From positions 10,533,301-10,574,721 of the forward strand of contig NC_057755.1 in assembly GCF_004010195.1 (NCBI RefSeq): a stretch of DNA of 41,421 bases, written 5' to 3'. Position numbers and translations under genes: made by a program. Shown one piece after another: positions 33,119 through 41,421 of this stretch; the first letter of the stretch is position 1, and each line of letters begins with the position of its first letter. The DNA is from Chiloscyllium plagiosum. Taxonomy: Eukaryota. The notes below the pieces were generated by a model that saw only the letters and a list, made by a program, of their open reading frames with translations, made no database searches and was not told the DNA's origin.

Positions 33119-35264
33119 CTCTTTTCTGATCCTTCCTGCCTTCCATCGATCATTTCCCTTTGATCCTTCCATCCATCATCTCTTTTAAAATTCTTCCTTC
33201 CATCTCTTATCTCATTATCAATCCTAACTTCCTTCGATCTGTTATTTCTATTTCTGTTCTCATTTAATCCATCCTTACGTCGTTCCATCCATCACCACTT
33301 TGCTGATTCTTCATTCTTTGCATCCATCCAGCATCTTTTTATCGATCCTTCATTCCTTCCAACGTTCCTTCCAGCCATCATCTCTTTTTCGATCCTTCCT
33401 TCCTTTCATCTATCAGCTTCGTCGATCCCTCCTTCTTTCCTACCTTCTAACCATCATCTCTTTTTCGATACTTCTTTCGTACCTTCCCTCCATCCATCAT
33501 CTCTTTATGGATCCTTCCTTCCATGTTCCTTTCTTCAGTCCATCCATTCATCATCTCTTTTGTGATCCTTCCTTCCTTCAATCCATCATCTCTTTTTTAT
33601 CCTTCCTTTTTGTTCCTTCTTAATTACATCCATCTACCATCTCTTTTTCGATCATTCATATCTTCCATCCATCCATCACTGCGTTTTCGTTACTTCAATC
33701 CGTCGTTCCTTCCACCTATCACCTCTTTTTTCGATCTTTCCTTCCTTCCTTCCTTCCTTCAATCCATCAGCTATTTTTGGATGCTTCCTTCCTTCTTTCC
33801 TTCAATCCATCATCTCTTTTCCGATCCTGCCCTCATTGCATCCATCCATCTCCTTTTCAATCACTGCTTCCTTCCTTCCTTCCATCCATCTTCTCTTTTT
33901 CTTTCCTTCCTTCCATCCATTCAACATCTCTTTCTTGATCCTTCCTCCCTTCCATCCATGATCCATTTTTCGATCCTTCCATCCATTCATCCATCAACGC
34001 GTTTTTGATACTTTCATCTTCCAATCTATCATCTACTTTCGATCCTTGCTTCCTTCCTTCTTTCGTTCCAATCATTAATGCTTTTTCAATACTTTCATCC
34101 TTCGTTCCTTCCATCAATCATCACTTTATCGATCCTTCCTTCCTTCCATCCAGCATCTCATTTTCGATACTGCCTTCCTTGCATCCTTCCAACATCTCTT
34201 TTTTGATCTTTACTTCCTTCCTTCCATGCATCATCTGTATTTGAATCATTCCTTCCTTCCTTCAATCCGTCATCTCCTTTTCGATCATGCCCTCATTCAA
34301 TCCATACATCTCGTTTTCGTGCCTTCCTATATGCTTACCTACTTACCAACATCTCTTTTTCGATCATTTCTGCCTTCTTTCCTTCCATCCATCTCCTCTT
34401 TTACGATCCTTAAATTCTTCTTTCCTTTATCTTTCCGCTCCTTGCTTCCATCCTTTTTTCCATCCTTCCTTCCATTCATCATCTCATTATCGATCTCTCC
34501 TTCCTTCATTTCTTCCTTCCTTTTTTCCATCCATCCATCCATCATCGCTTTATTGATCCTTCCTGTCTTCCATGCATTATCCCTTTTTCGATCCTTCCAT
34601 CCAATCATCCATCATCGCTTTGTTGATACATCCTTCTTTCCATCCATCATCCATTTCGAATCTTGCTTCCTTCATTACATCCGTTCACTCTTTTTTGATA
34701 ATTCCATCCTTCTTTCCTTCCATCAGTCACGGCTTTAATGATCCGTCCTTCCTTCCAACCTTCCTTCCTTCCTTCCGTCCATCTTCTCTTTTTGATCCTT
34801 CAGTCCTTCCATCCTTTTTCCTTCCATTTTATCTGTCATCTCGTTTTCGATTCTTCCTTCCATCCGTCCTTTCCTCCATTCTTCCTCCCATCATTCCTTC
34901 CATCCATCATCTCTTTTTCGATCTCTCCTTCCTTCATTCCTTCCTTCCATACTGCCTTCCATCAATCCATCGTCGCTTTGTCATTCCTTTCTTTCTTCCA
35001 TCCATCATCTCCTTTTGGATCCTTCCTTTCTTGCTCCTTCTTAATTACATGAATTAATCATCTCTGGTTAGATCCTTCTTTCCTTCATTCCTTCCATCCA
35101 TTCATCATCACTTTTGTGATCTTTTCTTGTTTCCATCCATTATTTCGTTTTCGATCCTTCTATTCTTGTTCCTTCTTAACTCCATCCAACAATCATCTCT
35201 TTTTCAATTCACCATTACTTCCTTCCTTCCAAACATCATCTCCTTTCCCATCCTGCCTTCCTTC

Positions 35265-35591
35265 AGATTAGATGATTAGACTACTTACAGTGTGGAAACA
35301 GGCCCTTCGGCCCAGCAAGTCCACACCGACCCGCCGAAGCGTAACCCACCCAGACCCATTCTCCTATATTTACCCCTTCACCTAAAAGGGCAATTTAGCA
35401 TGGTCAATTCACCTAACCTGCACATTTTTTGGATTGTGGGAGGAAACCGGAGCACTCGGAGGAAACCCACGCAGACACGGGGAGAATGTGCAAACTCCAT
35501 ACGGAGAGTCGCCTGAGGCGAGAATTGAACCCGGGTCTCTGGCGCTGTGAGGAAGCAGTGCTAACCACTGTGCCATTGTGCCCACCGTGCC
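35265..35591 (-). mobile_element. Near full-length HE1-type SINE inside the satellite
   Basis: A-box TGGCACAGTGG and B-box GGTTCAATTC on minus, conserved core, 3' end GGGCCGAAGGGCCTGTTTCCACACTGTAAG and a TCTAA-type tail. Confidence 0.92.
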
Positions 35592-38500
35592 GTTCCTTCC
35601 GTCCGTCAGATCTGTCATCACTTTTTCGATCTTTCCCTTTCTTCCATCCACCATCTCATTTTCGATGCTTACTTCTTTCCATCCATCATCTCTTTGTCCA
35701 ACATTTCTTCCATCCATCATCTCGGTTTTCGATCCTTCCATCCTTGCTTACTTTCTTCAATCCATCATCTCTTTATTGATCCTTCCATCCTTCTTTCCTT
35801 ACATCCATGATCTCTTTTTCGATCCTTCATTCCTTCCATCCATCCATCATCTTTTTATCGATCCTTTATTCATTCCTTCATTCATTCCATCCATTATCTC
35901 TTTTTCGATCCTTCCTTCATTCCATCCATCATTTCTTTTTCAATACTTCCTTTTTGTTCTTTCTTAATCCATGCATCCATCATCTCTTTTTCGATCCATC
36001 ATTCCTTCCATCCATCCATCTTCTATCTATCAATCCTTCACTCCTTCCTTCCTTCCTTCCTTCCATCTATCATCGTGTTTTCGTTCCTTCCTTCCTTTGG
36101 TCCTTCCATCCATCATAACTATTTAGGTCCCTCCTTCCACCCTTCCTTCCACCCACCCAATGTCTCTTCTTCGATCCTCCCTTCCTTTCTTGCATCCTTA
36201 CTGCATTCTTCCATTGATTAAGGTGCATTCGGTCCTCCGATTCCTCCTTCCTTCCATGCATCATCTTTTTATCGATCCTTTATTCCTTCCTTCTTTCCAA
36301 CCATCCATCATTGCGTTTTCATTCCTTCCATCCTTCCCTCCATCATCTTTTTTTCGATCCTTCATTTCGATCCTTTTTTTCGATCATTCATCCATCATTG
36401 TTTGTTTGAACATCATTCCTTCCATCCATCATCCACTTTCGGATCTTGTTTCCTTCATTCCTTCATTCCATACGTTAACTCTTTTTCAATAATTCCATTC
36501 TACGTTCCTTCCATTTATCATGGCTTTATCGATCCGTCCTTCCTGCTCTCCTTACTTTCTTCCTTCCTTCCATCCATCATCTCTTTAAATCCTTCCTTCC
36601 TTACATGAATCATCTGCATTTGGATCCTTACTTCCTTCCTTCAATCCAAAGTCTCTTTTTCGATCATGCCTTCATTGCATCCATCCATCTCTTTTTCGTT
36701 ACTTCCTACATGCTTACCTTCTTTCCAACATCTCATTTTTCGATCATTCCTTCCTTCCTTCCTTCCTTTCATCTAATCTTTTTCGATTGATACTTCCTTC
36801 CACCCTTCCTTCCATCTACCATCTCATTTTCGATCGCTCCTTCCTAAAATCCTTCCTTCCTTTCTTGTATCCATTTAGCCATCATATCTTTTTTGATCGT
36901 TCCTCCCTTCTATCCATTATCTGTTTGTCAAACCTACATCTCTTTTTCAATTCTTCCTTCCTTCCTTCCATCCGTGCATCATCTATTTTTGGATCCTTCC
37001 TACCTTCCTTCAATCCATCATCTCTTTTTCGATCCTGCCCTCAATGCATCCATTCATCTCTTTTGCCTTCCTTCCTTCCTTCTTGACTTCCTTCCAATAT
37101 CTCTTTTTCGATCATTCCTTCCTTCCTTCCACCCATCTTCTCTTTTTCGATCCTTCATTCCTTCCTTCCTTTCTCGTTCATTTTTTCCATCATCTCTTTT
37201 TTTGATTCTTCCTTCCTTCCATCCTTTCTTTCATTCTTCCTTCCATACTTCCTTCTATCCATCATCTCTTTTTTGATCTCTCAGTCCTTCATTGCTTCAT
37301 TCCTTTCTGACTTCCATCCATCTGTCCTCGCTGTTTCGTTCCTTCCTTATATCCATCCATCATCTCTTTTTTGATCCTTCCTCCCTCCCATGCATTATCC
37401 ATTTTCCGATCCTTCCATCCATTCATCCATCATCGCTTTTTCGATACTTCATTCCTTCTATCTATTATCTCATTTTCGATCCTCCCTTTCTTCCATGCAT
37501 CACGTAATTTCGATCATTGCTTCCTTCCTCCCTTCGTTCCATCCATTGACGCTTTTCAATACTTCCATCCTTCGTTACTTCTATCAATCGTCTCTTTATT
37601 GATTCTTCCTTCCTTCCATCCAACATCTCATTTTCGATCCCTTCGGTACTTCTCTCAATCATCTCTTTATTGATCCTTCCTTCCTTCCATCCAACATCTC
37701 ATTTTCGATCCTCCCTTCCTTGCATCCTTCCAACATCTCATTTTTGATCATTCCTTCCTTTCTTCCTTCCATCCTTCGACTCATTTTCGATCCTTTATTC
37801 CTTCCTTCCCTTCTTCCTTCCTTTTTATCCATCATCTCTTTGTCGGATTTTCCTTCCATCCATCCTTCCTTCCAACATTCCTTCCATCCACTAACTCTTT
37901 TTCGATCTCTCCTTCCTTCATTCCTTCCTTCCATTCCGACTTCCATCCATCCATCGTCGCTTTGTCATTCCTTCAGTCCTTCCATCCATCATGTCTTGTT
38001 TGATGCTTCATTCCTTCTATCCATTATCTGTTGTTAGAACCTTTCGTCCTTCTTACAATCATCTCTTTTTCGATGTTTCTTTCCTTCCATCCATAATCTC
38101 TTTTTCGATCCTTCCTTCCATCATATCTTTTTCTATCTCTCCTTTCTTCTTCCTTCCCTCCTTCCATCCATCCATCATCTCTTTTATGATCCTTGTTCCT
38201 TCCTTCCATCCAACATCTTTTTCGATCCTTCCTTCCTTCAATCCATAATCTCTTCTTCGATACTTCCTTCCCTCCATCCATCATCTCTTTTTCGATCCTT
38301 CCCTCCTTTTTCAATCCATGATCACATTGTCGATCCTTCCTTTCTTCCATCCATACATCATCTCTGTTCCGATCCTTCCTTCCTTCATTATCTCCTTTTC
38401 AATCCTACAATCCTTCCGTCCATTATAGCTATTTCTGTCCTTCCTTCCTTACTTCCATCCTCTCTTTTTAGATCCTTCTTTTCTTGTTCCTTCTCAATTA

Positions 38501-39234
38501 CATCCATTCATCATCTCTGTTTAGATTCTTCTTTCCTTCATTTTTTTCCATTCGTTCATCATCTCTTTTGTGATCCCTTCTTCCTTCCATCCATCGTCTC
38601 TTTTGCGTTCTGTCCATTCTTGTTTTTTATTAACTCCATTCCTCCATCATCTCTTTTCCGATCCTGCCTTCCTTCCATTTTTCATTTCATCCATTCTTGT
38701 TCCTTATTATCTCCATCCATCCCTCATCTCTTTTCGATCCTGCCTTCCTTCCATCCAACATCTCTTTTGCGATTCTGCCTTCCTTCCGTCCGTCAGATCC
38801 ATCATCTCTTTTTCGATCCATCCTGCCTTCCATCAATCAGCTCATTAGCGATCCTTCCTAACTTCCATCCAACATCTCATTTTCGATCCTTCCTTCCTTC
38901 CTTCCTTCCTTTCATCCATCGTCTCTTAATCGATCCTGCCTTAATAGGATCCTTCCAACATCTCATATTTGATCATTCCTTCCTTTTTCCCTTCCATCCA
39001 TCTTCTATTTTTGATCCTTCATTCCATTTCTTTTTCGATTCTGCCTTCCTTCCTTCCTTTCTACCTTCCTTTTTATCCATCATCTCTCTTTCAATTTTTC
39101 CTTCCATCCTTCCTTCCAACATTCCTTCCATCCACCATGTCTTTTTCGATCCGCCATTCCTTCCTGCCTTCCATCCATCGTCACTTTTTCGATCCTTCCT
39201 CCGTCAATCCATAATCTCTTTTTTCATATTTCCT

Positions 39235-39393
39235 TGTTGTGGTTCTGTTCGCCGAGCTGGAAGTTTTTGTTGGAAACGTTTTTTCCCCTGGCTAGGTGAC
39301 AACCGGAAGCGGCAGGGACAGACCACTATAAACACTGGAGGAAACATCAAAGAAGCGCTTCGCAGGAGGCTCCCAAGCACTGATGATGTCGCC
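39235..39393. mobile_element. Short rearranged Penelope pLTR fragment (a different family) inside the satellite
   Basis: Non-satellite island. The plus part ends GCACTGATGATGTCGCC and the minus part starts GTCACCTAGCCAGGGGAAAAAACGT, i.e. two halves of a hammerhead-like core in opposite orientation. Confidence 0.6.
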
Positions 39394-41421
39394 TTCCTTC
39401 CACCTTCCTTCCACCATCCAACATCACTTTTTCAGTCTTTCCATCCTTCCTTCCATTCATCATCTCTTTGTTGACTCTTCCTCCCTTCCATCCATCAATC
39501 GTCTGTTTCGATCCTTCTTTGCTTCCGTCGTTCTTGCCATCCATCTCCTGCTTCTCATTTCTCCCTTCCATCCATTATCTCCTTTTCAATCCTACCTTTC
39601 GTCCATTCATTATCTCTATTTCTGTTCTTCTTCCTTCCATCCATCACCTCCTCTGATCCTTATAACCATCGACCAATTCACTTTGATCCTTCCTTCCATC
39701 CATTCAACCCATTAGCGATCCTTCATTTCTTCCATCCATCATCTCTTGGTCCATCCTTTCTTCCATCCATCATCTCTTTTATTCGATATTTCCTTCCTTC
39801 TTTTCTGACTTTCATTCATCATTTTGTTTTCGGTCCTTCCTTCCTTCATTCTTTCCATTCATTCATCCACCATCTCTTCTTCGATCCTTCCTTCACTCCT
39901 TCCTTCCTTTCTTCCTTCCTTGCATCCGTCTTTCCTTCCCTCCATCCATCATCACTTCTACTATCCGTCATTCCTTCGTTCCTTCTTTCCATCCAGCATC
40001 TCGTTTTCGATTCTTCCTTGCTTCGTTCCTTTCATCCATCAACTCTCATTTGATCCTGCCTTCCTGGAATCCTTCCAACATCTCCTTTATGATCACTCTT
40101 TACTTTCTTCCTTCCATCCATCTTCTATTTTTCGATCCTTCATTCCTTCCTTCCTTTCTTCCTTCCTTTTTATCCATCATCTCTTTTTTGATCCTTCCTT
40201 TTTTGTTCCTTATTAATTCTGCATATCCATCATCTCTTTTTCGATCCTTCATTCCTTCCATCCATCCATCATCACTTTTACGATCCATCATTCCTTCGTT
40301 CCTTCTTTCCATCCATCATCGCGTTTTCGATCCTTCCTTCTATCCTTCATCTCTTTATCGATCCTTCATTCCTTCCAGCGATCCATCATCATTTTTACGA
40401 TCCTTCATTCCTTCATTCCTTCTTTTCAGCCATCATCGTGTTTTTGATCCTTCCTTCCCTCCATCCATCATCTCATTTTCGATCCTTCCTTGCATCGTTC
40501 CTTTGTTCCTTTCATCCATCAATTTTCATTTGATTCTGCCTTCCTGGAATCCTTCCAACATCTGCTTTATGATCATTCCTTACTTTCTTCCTTCCATTCA
40601 TCTTCTATTTTTCGATCCTTCATTCCTTTCTTCCTTTTTATCCATCATCTCTTTTTGATCCTTCCTTTTTTGTTCCTTCTTAATTCTGCACATCCATCAT
40701 CTCTTGTTCGATTCGTCCTTCCTTGCAACCAGCGTCTCTTTTTCGATTCTGCCTTCCTTCCGTCCGTCACATCCATCACCTCTGTTTCAATCCATTCTGC
40801 CTTCCATCCATCAGCTCATTAGCGATCCTTCCTTCCACCCAACATCTCTTTCTCCATTCTTCCTTCCATCCATAATCTATTTTTCAATCCTTCCATCCAA
40901 CATCGCTTTTTCGATCCTTCCATCCTTCCTTCCATCTATTCTTCTCTTTTTCGATCCTACCTTCCTTCTCTCACTCCATACTCTCTTTTTCGATCCTTCC
41001 TTCCTTCCATCTATCATAAATTTTTCGGTTCTTCATTCCATCCTTCCTTGCGTCTAACCTTCATACTTTCCTTCCTTCCTTCCTTTCATTCACCATCACT
41101 AGTTTTTTTTTTAATTTTTCATTCCTTCCGTCCAAAAATCATCTATTCTTCGATTCTTCCTCCCTGCCTTCCTTGCTTCCTTCCTTCCTTCGTTCCATCC
41201 ATCAACTCTTTTCGATCCTTCCTTCCTTCCACCATCTCTTTTTTCAATTCTTCATTCCTTCCATCCAAAAATCATCTCTTTTATGATCCTTCCTTCATTC
41301 TTGAATTCCTTTCTTCTTTCCTTCCTTCCATCCATATAACTTTTTCAGTCCTTCCTTCCACCAGCCCAGCATCCCTTCTTCGCTTCTTTGTTCCTTCCTT
41401 CTTAGCATCCTTCCTTCCTTC

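Larger units (their letters stand above)
33119..41421. repeat. Pyrimidine-rich composite satellite, unit about CCATCCATCATCTCTTTTTCGATCCTTCCTTCCTT
   Basis: Degenerate ~30-45-bp units of (TTCC)n + (CATC)n + TCTCTTTTTCGATC repeated throughout; the plus strand is very poor in G. Confidence 0.95.

Noticed and set aside
35500..35591. tRNA gene from the A and B boxes
   Set aside because: It is the tRNA-derived head of a SINE, continuous with the SINE core and tail.
33119..41421. Many ORFs up to 284 aa rich in S/F/P/I/H (plus) or G/R/K/E (minus)
   Set aside because: Translations of a stop-poor satellite; they overlap in all frames and show no domain.
33119..41421. CRISPR-like array (recurring motif with variable intervals)
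   Set aside because: Intervals are the same low-complexity sequence rather than unique spacers; vertebrate context and no cas genes.

Overview
Vertebrate genomic DNA, almost certainly a cartilaginous fish (shark). This is inferred from HE1-type SINEs, HER1/CR1 LINEs, GPR139-like receptor relics and shark-type NLR exons. No intact protein-coding gene is visible. Main content: (1) an NLR immune-receptor locus on the minus strand, with a 1.7-kb FISNA-NACHT exon (11982-13697) frameshifted just before the P-loop and carrying non-canonical Walker B and sensor-1 motifs, plus a 195-nt LRR exon that the ORF track misses, broken by a stop codon and a CR1 insertion; (2) a ~3.3-kb inverted paralogous copy of the NLR 3' region beyond a 500-N gap, and a third partial copy; (3) two GPR139-like GPCR pseudogenes; (4) many retroelement relics: CR1 LINEs, HE1 SINEs, Gmr1-type Gypsy elements (one nested in a relative), Penelope-like fragments and four ~200-bp palindromic Penelope-derived inserts with target-site duplications and hammerhead-ribozyme cores; (5) an 8.3-kb pyrimidine-rich satellite. 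The best candidates for something new are the degenerate NLR pair and the hammerhead hairpin elements; both need testing.
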